DNA of 63,200 bases, counting the filler, from Olpidium bornovanus S191 (taxonomy: Eukaryota; Fungi; Olpidiomycota): assembly GCA_017911155.1 (NCBI GenBank). It is 29 parts of 29 records of this genome, joined end to end, with 100 filler letters (N's around TTAATTAATTAA, not from the genome) between each part and the next. Parts side by side here need not be neighbours in the genome. Positions count along the whole stretch, not along the records: positions 49,386 to 50,978 come from JAEFCI010002166.1; positions 51,079 to 54,964 come from JAEFCI010000406.1; positions 55,065 to 57,048 come from JAEFCI010013385.1; positions 57,149 to 59,866 come from JAEFCI010004527.1; positions 59,967 to 62,091 come from JAEFCI010008969.1; 24 more parts are not named here. One strand, given 5' to 3'. A model generated the notes under the pieces. That model was given only the letters and a program-made list of their open reading frames with translations, was not told the origin of the DNA and searched no databases. Below, in pieces: positions 50,294-62,191 of this stretch. The position numbers were made by a program, and so were the translations under genes. Every line of letters begins with the position of its first letter. Positions within the stretch are counted from its first letter, which is position 1.

Positions 50294-50978
50294 ATGGGTG
50301 TAGGTTTGTCCTTGGCGGCGACAGCCGGGGAGCGTTCGCTCCTTGCCCGTCCGCCCTCCCCTCTCCCGCCCGGGAGAAGGATATGCCCCGACTCGTCCTG
50401 ACCGCCTCCTCGTCATTCTATCGCCCGTTCCAGATAAACTACGTTCTCCTCGTCAGCCGGCAGGGTAAGGTCCGGCTGACGAAGTGGTTCCAAACTATCT
50501 CACCTAAAGAGAAAGCGAAGATCGTCAAGGAGGTCACCCAGGCGGTCCTGGCCAGGAGGACCAGGATGTGCAACGTCCTGGAATACAAAGGTGCCATTCC
50601 CTTCCTTCTTTTGCCCCTGGGCCAACCGTGGGAGAGGACGAAAGACGGTTTCGGCAGGCCGAGTCCGGGCCCTGGAGGCTGGGGAACACGCCAGGGGGTG
50701 CGTTTTCTGGTCGGAGGGCAGAGTTCGAAAGGCCTGCAGGAGACCCGATGCGTGACCTGCCCGTCTGTCGGCCTACGGGAAGCGGCGCTTTGTCCACACC
50801 TGGTGATCTGTTTGCCATGTGTCGTGAGATCATGACGGAAAGTGGGAAAACCCAAACCGGCGCTTGTCGCAAAGAGCACTTTTTCACCGAACTCAAAGAC
50901 GGCAAACGTATTGACGATCCATAATACATAATCCTTCTTCTTTTCTTTGACGCAGAGACGAAGCTGATTTATCGGCGG
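50294..50978 (+). CDS. APS1: AP-1 clathrin adaptor sigma subunit (5' part)
   Basis: Exons 50294-50299 (MG; inferred), 50434-50590 (INYVLLVSRQGKVRLTKWF..LARRTRMCNVLEYK), 50956-50978 (ETKLIYRR). Confidence 0.9.
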
Positions 50979-51852
50979 NNNNNNNNNNNNNNNNNNNNNN
51001 NNNNNNNNNNNNNNNNNNNNNNTTAATTAATTAANNNNNNNNNNNNNNNNNNNNNNNNNNNNNNNNNNNNNNNNNNNNCATGAATGGATGAATAGCGAAA
51101 GGACTCAAAGTGCAAAAGTCGAGTTTCCGTGCGTTCAATGTGTTGTGCTGGATAAAATTATTTTTGGAGTGCTGTTCGGAGCTGAATCCAGGTCTGCCAA
51201 CGTTCAGGAGAGTCAGCTGGGTAGATTTGAGCATTAAGCAAGTAAGGGTTACTAGCGGATATCGACGCAGACAGCCTCTAGTTCGGCGACGTGCTGCGTC
51301 GCTTGGGCAAAATCAAAGGTTTGGAGATCTCAGTGCCGCTCTCTCGCCCGCATCACTGGGCGCGTCGTCCACCGCCTCGCGGCGTGCTGAGCCGGTCAAG
51401 TCACCAGATCTTCCTCCCTCGCCGGCCCTGCGACCCCACTCTGCCAAGCAGTGCGCCCGCCAGCGGAAGTGCGTCCTGCCGGCAAGCAGGCTGCGCGGAG
51501 CCCGGAACGCTGCTCCGGTTAGCAAGCACTCACCTGTGGTGCAGGGTCGCGGGCTTCCGTCTGCTGGGTCGCCGCCAGTAACGAGCAGCACGCTGGTGCA
51601 GGCTCGCGGCGTTGGAGCACAGGCTTGCGGCGTTGCCGAAAGCGTTCCAGGCTTGCCGCGTGAAAGATCATTCGCCCTATTTTCTCCAACCAACTCCACG
51701 CTCGCTTTTCGAACGCGGAGGGTCTGGCGCCCCTGCCGTGTCTCTCCAGCATCAGCAGAATTCGAAATGGGCTGTGGTGGTGCTCCTGCGCGAAGACGGA
51801 CGGCGGTGTGCGTGCGGGGTGTGCGGGGTCGTTCGCCCGTCTGAGAGGAGAA

Positions 51853-51896
<44 letters not shown>

Positions 51897-51965
51897 AAAA
51901 ACAAAATAAGAAACAAGAACGCCCCACAGCGCCGGCCCACCGCGCTTCATCTGCCAGACCCTCCC

Positions 51966-53526
51966 ATGCCTGCGGACGCCGCCGCCGCCGCCGCCGCCGC
52001 CCGCGGCTTGGCTTCCGCGGGCTCGGTCCTCCGTCGCGCATCCGCGTCGAACGCCGCTGATTCCGACTTGTCCGACACCCAGACCGCCTCCTCCTTCTCT
52101 CCCTCTGACTCCCCGCGGCGCTCCGCTTCGTCGGCCTCGCTGTGGTCGCTGTCCTCCGTCGACGCCACCCCCGACAAGTTCGGCCGCTTGGTTGACGCGC
52201 ACGGCAACGACTTTCACGTTCCGGACTTCACCATCAAAGACATCCGCGACGCCATACCCAAACACTGCTTTGAGCGCTCTCCTGTGCGAGGATTCTCGTA
52301 TATCGCACGCGACGTGGCGTGCATCGTCGCCGTTTTTGCCGTGTTTCACAACTTCGCGACGCCGGAAACCGTTCCTTCCTATCTACTCCGCTGTGGCCTG
52401 TGGGCACTCTACACCTTTCTGCAAGGCCTGTTTGGGACTGGGTTATGGGTTATAGCCCATGAGTGCGGCCATGGCGCCTTCTCCCCGCACAAGACGCTCA
52501 ACGACTTCGTCGGCTGGGTGCTGCACTCGGCACTGCTCGTCCCATACTTTAGCTGGCGAATCTCGCACCGCAAACACCACAAAGCCACCGGCAACATGGA
52601 GAAGGACATGGTTTTCGTTCCGCGAACCCGCGCCCGGTACGCCAAACGGTCTCGATGCCTCCCGCAGGAATTGACCGAACTGACGGCAGACACGCCCGCT
52701 TACACGCTCATGGTAATCACCATGCAGCAGCTGATCGGTTGGCCTAATTATCTGCTGACAAACATCTCCGGCCACAACTTCCACGAGCGGCAGCGCGAGG
52801 GTCGCGGCAAAGGAAAGCGCAACGGCTGGGGCGGCGGCGTGAACCATTTTGACCCGCGTAGCCCTCTGTTCGAGGCCAAGGATGCGAAGCTGATCCTGCT
52901 GAGCGATCTCGGTTTGGCCATCGTCTTTGGCGTCCTGGCCTATCTCGGAAACAAGTTCGGGTGGGCCAACTTGGCCGTGTGGTACTTTGTGCCGTACTTG
53001 TGGGTGAACCACTGGCTTGGTAGGTGAACCCCATCCTTCTCCTCCCCTCCCTCCACGTCCGACGTTCCGATGCTTGTTCTGCAGGAACATTGCGATTGCG
53101 GTTAGCTTAAACAGTCCGACAGTGGCCATCACCTACCTGCAGCACACGGACCCGACGCTGCCGCACTATACGCCCGAGCAGTGGGACTTCGTCCGTGGGG
53201 CAGCCGCCACCATCGACCGCGACATGGGATTCATCGGGCGCAGTTTGTTCCACGGCATTGCCGAGACGCACGTCCTGCATCACTACGTCAGCACCATTCC
53301 CTTCTACAATGCCGAAGAGGCGTCCGCCGCCATCAAGGCCGTCATGGGCAAGCATTACCGTGCGGCCCCTCGTCGAGGAATGCTGACGTTCATATCTGCC
53401 CTGTACCACGTATTACGCACGTGCCAGTGGGTAGAGCCGAGCGAGGACGCCAGGGGGGACGGCAAGGGCATTTTGTTTTTCCGGAACAAGAACGGCTTGG
53501 GGACGGAGCCGGCGAAATGGCGATAG
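51966..53526 (+). CDS. FAD2: Delta-12 (oleate) fatty acid desaturase, complete, ~485 aa
   Basis: Exons 51966-53019 and 53123-53526. His boxes HECGH, HRKHH, HVLHH; PDFTIKDIRDAIP; LVPYFSW; VNHWL|VAITYLQHTDP. Confidence 0.96.
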
Positions 53527-55064
53527 AAGAAGGCGAGAGCTCGGGGAGGATGGGCGTAGAAGAATTTTACAACGGGAGAAGCGAAATATTTACAACGAAG
53601 GAGAGAGGCAGAGAGAGGAAAAAGAGGACAAGCCGGCGGAAGAGATATGTATTTGCTTGAGGGAAACCCAGCTAGAAATACAGAAACCGCAGATAGCAAA
53701 GAGAGAAAGAGAGAGCGAGAGAGAGAGCGAAAAAGAGGCAGAGAGAGAGAAAACCCAAAGCACGCATTAACTGCTGCATCTGCACCCTCCCAGACGCACC
53801 ACATCGATTGGAGGTCGCCGTCGACGTTGCCGAACGCCGGTGCGCAAGGTGGTGACGGCGACGGGACGACGGCAGCCAACGGGTAGCTGACGGGTGACGA
53901 TACCGACGACTACGGCGATGTCAGCACCCGAACGCGGCAACTGATCGCGGTAGCTGACGACTGAATTAGACGGAAACCGGTAGTAACACGGTAGCGCACG
54001 CGCATTGGCAGCAGTGGTGGAAATTAACGGTTGATAACATCATGCGGAAAACGTTGTTGCGCAGTTCCCTGACGATAATCTGTGAGAGTCGGCAACCAAA
54101 AATAAAAAAAGCACCGCCTCTAATTCAAACCTGCCTTAAAACCCCTTGCGAAATCACCATATCATCCGCTAGTGCCTAGGTCCGGCAAACTTTGGCCTCG
54201 GCTAGGAGCACGACCCCTCCTTCGTCTCCAGCCGCGCGCGTGAAAATGCCGACCAAGAGCACAACCCCCATGCTGAAACAAACTCCTGCGCATTCAGATC
54301 GACGTACTCAGCGCTCTGCATTTCGAGGAACTTGAAGGGTTTCGAGCAAATAAGGGAACACTGCGAGAGAACCGACCTCCGCGCTAAAGAACCTTGCCTC
54401 CCGGATAGCCGACCTCAAAGTCGTAAGGACCTCATCCAAGGCCTCCTTCACACCTGTCGCGAAACACGAACACTCCTATGCGTGACAAAAAAAGAAGACT
54501 CGAGATCTTTACTAATCAAGGAGGTGGTGAGGTGGAAGAGCTCCAGGGTCACCCAGCGACGAGAGGCGGGAAGTTCCCGCTGCCGGAAGACCCACTGATA
54601 TCAGTCGCAATTTCTGGGAAGTTAAGTGTCTGTTTGTGGCATGCATATGAAATTGCAGTGCGTGTGCATGTGCCATTGCCCCTAAATGTTTCGCTGGACT
54701 TAAAACAGCCTGTTATCGATTCGCCTAAACAATCGATGAGAATCCCATGGGGTGTGCACATGCGCACACACTGCAATTTCACATGCATGGTCAGTGCCGT
54801 GACCTTGGACCGATAGTCCTTTCCGTCGCTTGTGAAACACCGTCATGAATGTAGCCGTGCCCACAATGACCTCGAGCAGGCGGGTGGTGGGGGATGTGCT
54901 GCATAGCAGAGGTTAGACATAGAGGTAGTGCTGCCTGTCATCTCAACACCCGTTGTCTCGACACNNNNNNNNNNNNNNNNNNNNNNNNNNNNNNNNNNNN
55001 NNNNNNNNTTAATTAATTAANNNNNNNNNNNNNNNNNNNNNNNNNNNNNNNNNNNNNNNNNNNN

Positions 55065-57048
55065 CATGACGAGGGTAAGGCTCTTGGGAACTTGTCAAGT
55101 GGGACCACGTGCAACCGCCGGTCTCTGATTACCTGTTTCTCGGAATGCTGCAGAGCATTTTCTCGATGGAGGGCCGCAAAACAGGATTCTGTTGGCGCTG
55201 AGATCTGGGTTGCCCAACGAGATCGATTGGGCCTTCAACAAATTGATGCAGCATTCATTTATATGCCACGAGTCATTTTCGCTTGATATGATACCTGGTC
55301 TTTTGGACACACTCCTGTCGTTCGCTGCACCTTACTTCAAACACGATGTTCCCGCGGTACCGACTCGTGCCAACGCCAACGACACCGCAGTGCCTTCGGC
55401 TGCCAAAACGCCCGGCAGCGAAAGTGTCCCTGCGCGAGTGGCGGTGGAAGCGGAAGCCTTCTTTACAGCTGGGACAGCAATACTCTCAGGCGGCGAAAAC
55501 CCGGACTCTGTCGGTCACCACGTAGAGGACAACGCGGCCCTAGCAGGTCCGTCGGGGACTTTTTTCTTTGAGGCATTCGACTCGCAGGACGCGCATTACC
55601 GGCGGAACCGCGCAATACAAGTCCTGCACATTATCCGAAATTTCAGTTTCCTCGAATCAAACGCTCGAACACTGGTCGAGCACGAGGATCTGCGGCGCGT
55701 ACTCCTCCGCGGGCTGGGTCTGGCGGTCGGGACGCAACACCTGGAGGTCCGGCACGCGTGCCTGGACATTATCGAAAACATTGCGCCGCACATCGTGCTG
55801 CGCTCTCGGCATGACCCGCTGCAGTTGCGCTTGCGAAGCCTTGCGCATGACACGGACCGCGCGTTAAGCTTGGGCGCCATCAGGTCCCTCACGCGCCTGG
55901 CCGGCAACGACGCCAACGAGACCTTTTCCGTTCCGCTTCCGCCTGTCTTGATCCGCCGACTTCTGCAGCTTCTCCTCGTGTGGGACGAGGGCATCGTGTC
56001 AGCGGTGCTGGACATGTTCTACCAGTACTCGTCATTTTCGAATGTGGACATGTCCGCCTACCTCGCACGGCACGTGCCCGGCAACATCGTGCGAGTTCTC
56101 ATAAAATTCTTATCGTGGAAGGTGACAGTGAAACCGGCCCCACCGCCGCCTCTGCCAGGACCCGCGCCGTACCTCGCACCATCATTACCTGTTGGCATGG
56201 CGCCGGTCATCCGAACGGCTGTGAGCGCTCTTCCGCCGACGACGCTGAGCGCGACCATGCCTCTCAACCCGCGGAGTGCAGAAATGGCGGTTACCACGCC
56301 GACGTCTGAGCTTGTCGGGCCGAGAACTCTCCGGGCGATTTATGCAGCTCCGCCTCTACCAGTTTCTTCGCCTAAGGAATACCAGATTCAGTCCACGCAG
56401 CAGTCCCCGCAGTTGCATCAACAGTGGACGCCGGCTCCACTGGCTTCGGGCCCGGCTGGCTCGGCGTTTACCACGCTCCCGGTTCCGCCGACCATGGGCG
56501 TTTCCGTGCCGGGGCTTCAGCCGTACATGGCACATGTCCCGGCGGCAACGCCTGGCATTCCGCCCCAGCTGCCGTTTCACATTAACATGTGCCAGTGGAC
56601 GGGATGCGCAGATCAGGTGTTGCCGGGAGTCGAGGAAGGCGCCCTGTTTGAGCACGTCGTCTCTACCCACCTCCGGCCGAGCGAGGAGCGGCAGCCGTAC
56701 GTCTGCCGGTGGTGCGGCTGCGACAAGTTCTCCGATTCCGGAGGAACGCCCGACCTCCGGGTGGCCATCGCGCACCTGCAGACGCACCGGCCTCTCACGA
56801 AGGCCGCGCCGGCGGCGGCCGCGCCGGCCGTCGTGCCGTTCCCGGCGCACCAGCGGCAGTACCTTCGCATCTGCGCTTCCGCGGCGATCCCGCAAGCCGT
56901 CCGCATGGCGGGAGGGTCCGGGACCGCCGACCTGGACGGCGCGGTGGGGATCCCGCTCACTACCGCCCTCGTCCTGCGCAACCTCGCCCGGTCGAAGAAG
57001 TGCCAGGCCCTGTTCGTCCCGTACGAGAGCGAGCTGACGTCGCTCATG
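55065..57048 (+). CDS. RSC9: RSC chromatin-remodelling subunit Rsc9 / ARID2-like (internal to near C-terminus)
   Basis: Exons 55065-55074 and 55154-57048. NRILLALRSGLPNEIDWAFNKL, VLHIIRNFSF, LDIIENIA, DEGIVSAVLDMFYQY, zinc fingers CQWTGC..H and CRWCGC..H, GIPLTTALVLRNLAR. Confidence 0.85.
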
Positions 57049-57149
57049 NNNNNNNNNNNNNNNNNNNNNNNNNNNNNNNNNNNNNNNNNNNNTTAATTAA
57101 TTAANNNNNNNNNNNNNNNNNNNNNNNNNNNNNNNNNNNNNNNNNNNNC

Positions 57150-57233
57150 CTGACGGCCTCGCCGGCGCCTGCGTCGATTTTGTTGGCCTCGGCCTCGCTC
57201 AGCTCGTGGAATTCCGTGAGCAGGTACACGTAC
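57150..57233 (-). CDS. Putative internal exon of an unidentified gene
   Basis: After a pyrimidine tract and AAG: YVYLLTEFHELSEAEANKIDAGAGEAVR, with strong GC3 bias, open to the contig end. Confidence 0.35.
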
Positions 57234-57308
57234 TTGAGGATGGAAAAAAAAAAAGAAAAAAAAAAAGGGGGGGGGGGGGCGGGGGGGGCCCCCCCCCCGC
57301 CAAAAGGG

Positions 57309-57370
<62 letters not shown>

Positions 57371-58023
57371 AAAAGGCGACACGTCGGGAGTGGAAAGCAG
57401 CCTGGCCGTCGTCGGGACGTGGGTTGTGGGAAGAAGGGGCGGGGGAGCCTTGCAGGCCCGATGCGCCCCCGCTAAAAAATTTTTGATTGGGGGAGACGGG
57501 CGGGGGGTTAGAAGTTCGGATACGGCTCGTTCTGAACAATGGGGGGGTTACTTTTGGCGTTTCCTTCGTTCCTTCCTCCGGGAGGCCAGGGAAGGGGGGT
57601 GTTGCCGCGCGAACGAGCCTGCGCGGCCGGGCCAGCCCCCGGCCTCTGGAAACTTGCGTGTTGCCCGTAGGCACCCCCCGCCAGCCCCGCCGGCCCGCGC
57701 AATGCGACGAAACCCCCAGGCAAAACGCGAGAGTGCCGCGAGGCATCTGCAGGTCCCGGAAGAGATTTTGCAAAAGTTTTCCTTTCGCGACGCGCGCGTT
57801 GCGAACTGTGCCGAGCGGCCTGGATTTCTCGATCTGACCAAAAATAAAAAAAATAATAATAATAATTGTGCTTTCCCCCCCCCCCCCTGCCTTTCCCCAA
57901 CCTTCCCGCGCCGTCGCATTTTTTTTTTTTTTTCCGGAACGTCGGGACGCGCAAAAAACTTCTCGTTCCGGGCGCCTTCCGTCCGCGGGACCCGACCGGG
58001 GGAAACTTTTCCAAACAGCGAAC

Positions 58024-58635
58024 ATGCTGCCTGCCTTCCCGAACCACGCCGCAGGCCGGAACGCGAGCCGGCTGCCGCCGCGGGGCCGCGGGCGCGGCGG
58101 CGGAGGCCCGCCGGGAAGAGGCCGCGCGGGCGAACCCGGCCGGTGGCCGAGCCTGAGGGGCGGCGGCGGCGGCGGCGGCGGCGGCGGACCTGGGGGACGC
58201 GGGCGCGGAGGAGGAGGAGGAGCAGGAGGGCGAGGAGCGGGAGCGCCGGGCCCGGACGAGTACTACAAACCGAGGTGCGCGGCGGGCGGTCGGGCGTGTG
58301 TTCCGGTTTGGTAAAGTGAGAAGAAGAGCCGGGTTAGGATGGACGGGCGTCGCGCTTTCAAAGTGAAAAAATGGGAGCGGCGCAAAAAAAACAAAAAAAA
58401 AAAAAAAAAAAAACAACCGCGTACTCCTGAACACGCTCGTCTGACTTCGAAAAGCTTCATGGCGAACCCCTGGGCCGAGCTGGAGGGCGCGCGGGATCCA
58501 GCGGCCTCCACGGTGTCCGCCGGCATCATGGAAGAAGGACAGGACGACGCCACGGAGACGTCGGTGGACAACGCCGCCAGTGGCAGCGGGGCTTATCTCC
58601 CGCACGAGGGACAACCGGGAGAGGCTTGCGAATGA
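58024..58635 (+). CDS. RGG-rich MPLKIP/TTDN1-like protein, ~143 aa
   Basis: Exons 58024-58274 and 58455-58635; intron GTGCGC..CTGAC..AAAAG. Splicing creates EYYKPSFMANPWAELE, resembling the MPLKIP motif KPSMLEDPWAGL. Confidence 0.7.
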
Positions 58636-59794
58636 AGTCGACTGGCAATCCCTGAAGTGCGGTCTCGCGTCTGTTTAAATCTGTGTTGGCCGTCCGGAGC
58701 CGCGCCGTGCCGTTTGAACCCCACCTCAGGGAGTCAGACCGTCGCGCGTGTCGTTATCACGTCGTTCTGGCTGCGCCAGTCGTCGGTCCCATCCTGTCCG
58801 AGACTGGACATCAATAACAAGAAACGACCGCAAGTTGAAGCAGACACATTGTCCGGCCTGCGAACCGTCCGTTCGCTGATCTCCGGAACCGCGCACTCCG
58901 GCGGGCAGGTTTTGTCGGTGAAGACGAGCCCCACCCCGGCAGTCCAACAAGATCTCGCCGCGAAATTGGGCTTTCGAGCTCCGCCCGCGGTACTATCTCT
59001 TCCCGATTCCCTCCCCCTCTCGCGCGATCTGTAGACGAGGAAATGAAAGGTACACGCGCGCCGCTGTGAACTCGCATGCCTGCGTAGCAGCCAGGGGGCC
59101 GAGCGATCGTCGGGACACGCTGTCACGGGTCCGTTGAAAGGGATGCTGGGTCATTTTAAGGACCTGTTTGGATGCCGTGCGTTTTTGCGTCCAAAAAGTG
59201 GTGTTTGTGGACAAAAGATCATGTTCCATAAACCTGGGATTTGGCGTTCGCGAGACGTTTTTGATTCCCCTTGACCAGATAGTAATATTTCTTTCCTGAT
59301 ATGGGCTTGAAGCGATGAAGGGTCAGACATGCTCGTCTGTTCCCAATGCATCAGGTTTCATACTCGGACCCTAAACCCGCGGCACATTTTCCGCCGTATT
59401 TCTCAAGCGTTTTGACCTTACTTCTTAGTCGTCTTTTGTCACACCACACGGAGATGCCCCCCTGGTCTTCCCCGACTATCCGGTCGGCGGCGGCACGTGC
59501 CGGCCCCCTCAGCGTCGGCCGAACCAAACGAAACGAAGGCGCACGGCGTTTCCGTCGTTTCACGTTCTCTCCCACCTCCGCTTGCGCCCGGCGGAGGGTG
59601 TCGGCAAATGTTCCGACTCGCTTACGCTCCCGACACGACATGCGCACGGTGGAAGCGGCGGTTTCCCGATCGGGCGCGCAATGTAGGGGGAGGGGTGGAG
59701 GGGAAGGTTTTCTGGTATGTTTTTTTCGTGTCTTTTTTTTTTTTTGGAGACGCGAGGTCGCGTCGCGAAACTCTCGCCTCGTCAAACCGACGCT

Positions 59795-59855
<61 letters not shown>

Positions 59856-59966
59856 CGCCGCGCCGCNNNNNNNNNNNNNNNNNNNNNNNNNNNNNNNNNN
59901 NNNNNNNNNNTTAATTAATTAANNNNNNNNNNNNNNNNNNNNNNNNNNNNNNNNNNNNNNNNNNNN

Positions 59967-60002
<36 letters not shown>

Positions 60003-60004
<2 letters not shown>

Positions 60005-60844
60005 CGCCGGACATCGGGCGCCTCCCGAACGTCAAGCTCCTGAACCTGTCCTCCAACAGGCTCGTCGGGCTCGCCCCGGAGCTCTCGCTGCTGGCGGCGC
60101 TGACGGCCCTTGACCTCTCCTGCAACCTCCTGGCGGCGGTTCCGCGCGCGCTGTGGGAGCTGCCGAACCTCGTCACGCTGAACCTGAGCCAGAACCGACT
60201 CACCTCGCTCGCCTGCGCTGCGGCGGCGCCGGACGGGGCGGCGTGCGGCGGCGTCGGCCCGCCCCTCCCGGAGTTCGCGAGCGGGCGGTCGCTCAAGCGC
60301 CTTGACGCCTCCCGGAACTTGCTGACCCGCCTGCCGGGCCGGATGTTCGCCGACTGCTCCGCCCTGGAGGAGCTCGACGCTGACCAGAACCGCCTGGAGT
60401 GCCTGCCGGAGGAGCTCGCTGGCGGCGGGCTCAAGTCCCTGCGGATAATCAAGGTCCGCAAGAACAGGCTCTCCTCGTTCCCACCCGGGATCTTCACCCG
60501 GACCCCTGTGTCGGCGATTTACATCCAGGACAACCCGCTGCGGGTCGACGACCTCCGGAGGATGGACGGCTACGACGACGTGAGTTTTGATTGTTTTTTT
60601 TTTTTTTTTTTTGCTGACGGTAGATTTGGAGTACGGATGCGCGGAAGAAGAGGGTGGGTGAGGGGCGGGGGTGGGGGGTGTGCGCTGTTTCCGCCGGACG
60701 ACAAGGGGGAAGGCGAGAAGTGGCCCGGTGCCAAGGGGGTTTTTTTTTCCTGCGCGCCGCGGCCACGTCCTGCTGACTTCCTGCCCGTTCGTCCAGTTCG
60801 AGATCCGAAGAAAAGGCCGGGTGGACCAGTTGCTGAACGTGTAG
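60003..60844 (+). CDS. Leucine-rich-repeat protein, 3' part (LRRC57-like cap)
   Basis: Exons ~60003-60579 and 60797-60844. About seven LxxLxLxxNxL repeats, then cap DNPLRVDDLRRMDGYDD|FEIRRKGRVDQLLNV*. Confidence 0.85.
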
Positions 60845-60892
60845 TTAAGCGGGAAGTTGGGGAGGGGGGGTTGGGTCGGGTGGGGTTGGGCC

Positions 60893-60932
<40 letters not shown>

Positions 60933-62191
60933 CCCCTTTCGCCCCGGGGGGTGGGGGGGGGGGGGGGGCCCGCGCCCCCCCCCCCCCCCCCTTTTTTTTT
61001 TTTTTTTTTTTTTGGGGGGGGGGGGGCCGGCGCCCGGGGCTTCACTCGATTTTTTTTTTTTTTCCGCCGCCGTGACGTCGGCTTGTCCGCGCGGGCGCGG
61101 TGTTGCCCCCGGCGAGAAGCGAGACGCCGCGCGCGCGCCAAGGGACGCGGAAAAAGGCTCGGCTTTCCTCGAGCGGGTTGCAAAAAGGGAGAGGGGCGGG
61201 CGGGAGGGCGGAAGGGAGGAAGGGGGGGGGGGGGGGAGGGGGGGGGGCCCCCCCCCGAATAATCAAATTGATTTTTCCTTTTTCGGCCTTGTGGGCACGG
61301 TTGGTTGTCCGGCGGAGGCAACCATTCTTTCCCCCTTTCAGGGCGCGCTCCGACGGGCGGCCGCAGGGCCGAAGGTAAAAAAGGGCGCACGGAAAACGCT
61401 TATGCAACTGTGGCGATGACATCCGGCCGGAATCCCGAGCGACCGGTCCGGCGTTCGTCGAGCCCGCTGGCCGGCGGAGCGGCGTCGTCACCCGCCGTCG
61501 TGAGGGGGAAGGAGAAAATCGTGCCGCGGGCGGGCATCGGGTGAAGCAAGGTCCGCGGCGAGAAAAGAAGAAAAGAGAAACAAAAAAAAAAAAACTTTTC
61601 TCGAGGATTGCTTCGGCATGACGGGGCGCGTTTGCGAAAGGAAGGTGTGCCGGGAAAAAACGCAAGCGGCGCAGGTTTGTTCAGGGGCACGGAGGGGGGG
61701 CTCACCGGGCGCGAATCAGGCTCGCAAACAGACGGCGCTGTTTTCAAAACTTCTGCAGGGTGACGTTGCACGCCTTCTTCGCTACGCGCGTATGGTCCCG
61801 GACGGCCGGAACCTGGCGGTTCGGGAGCTTTTCCAGTTTTTTTTTTTTTTTTTTTTGGATAGAGATTGCAGTTGCTGCAAAGTCCGTCTAACACTTTCCG
61901 GTTAGATTTTTCGGACAGGCGTACTATTGGCGGCAGGTTTTGACCACAAGCCGCCAAAGCTCGTTTCCGAAATCACCGCCTGGGATGGCAGGTGTAAACG
62001 GGAGGGACTTCTCCCCGTAGAAACGATCCTGGAGGGACTTCTCCCCGTAGGAATGATCCTGGAGAAACCGGGTCTGAAAGTGGATGGCATGNNNNNNNNN
62101 NNNNNNNNNNNNNNNNNNNNNNNNNNNNNNNNNNNTTAATTAATTAANNNNNNNNNNNNNNNNNNNNNNNNNNNNNNNNNNNNNNNNNNNN

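Noticed and set aside
54230-54964. Short ORFs downstream of the desaturase as a TE or cargo gene
   Set aside because: Multiple stops in all frames and no recognisable motif.
62000-62062. 30-bp tandem duplication (GGAGGGACTTCTCCCCGTAG..ATCCT x2) as a coding repeat
   Set aside because: Only two copies at a contig end; the strand and gene context cannot be determined.
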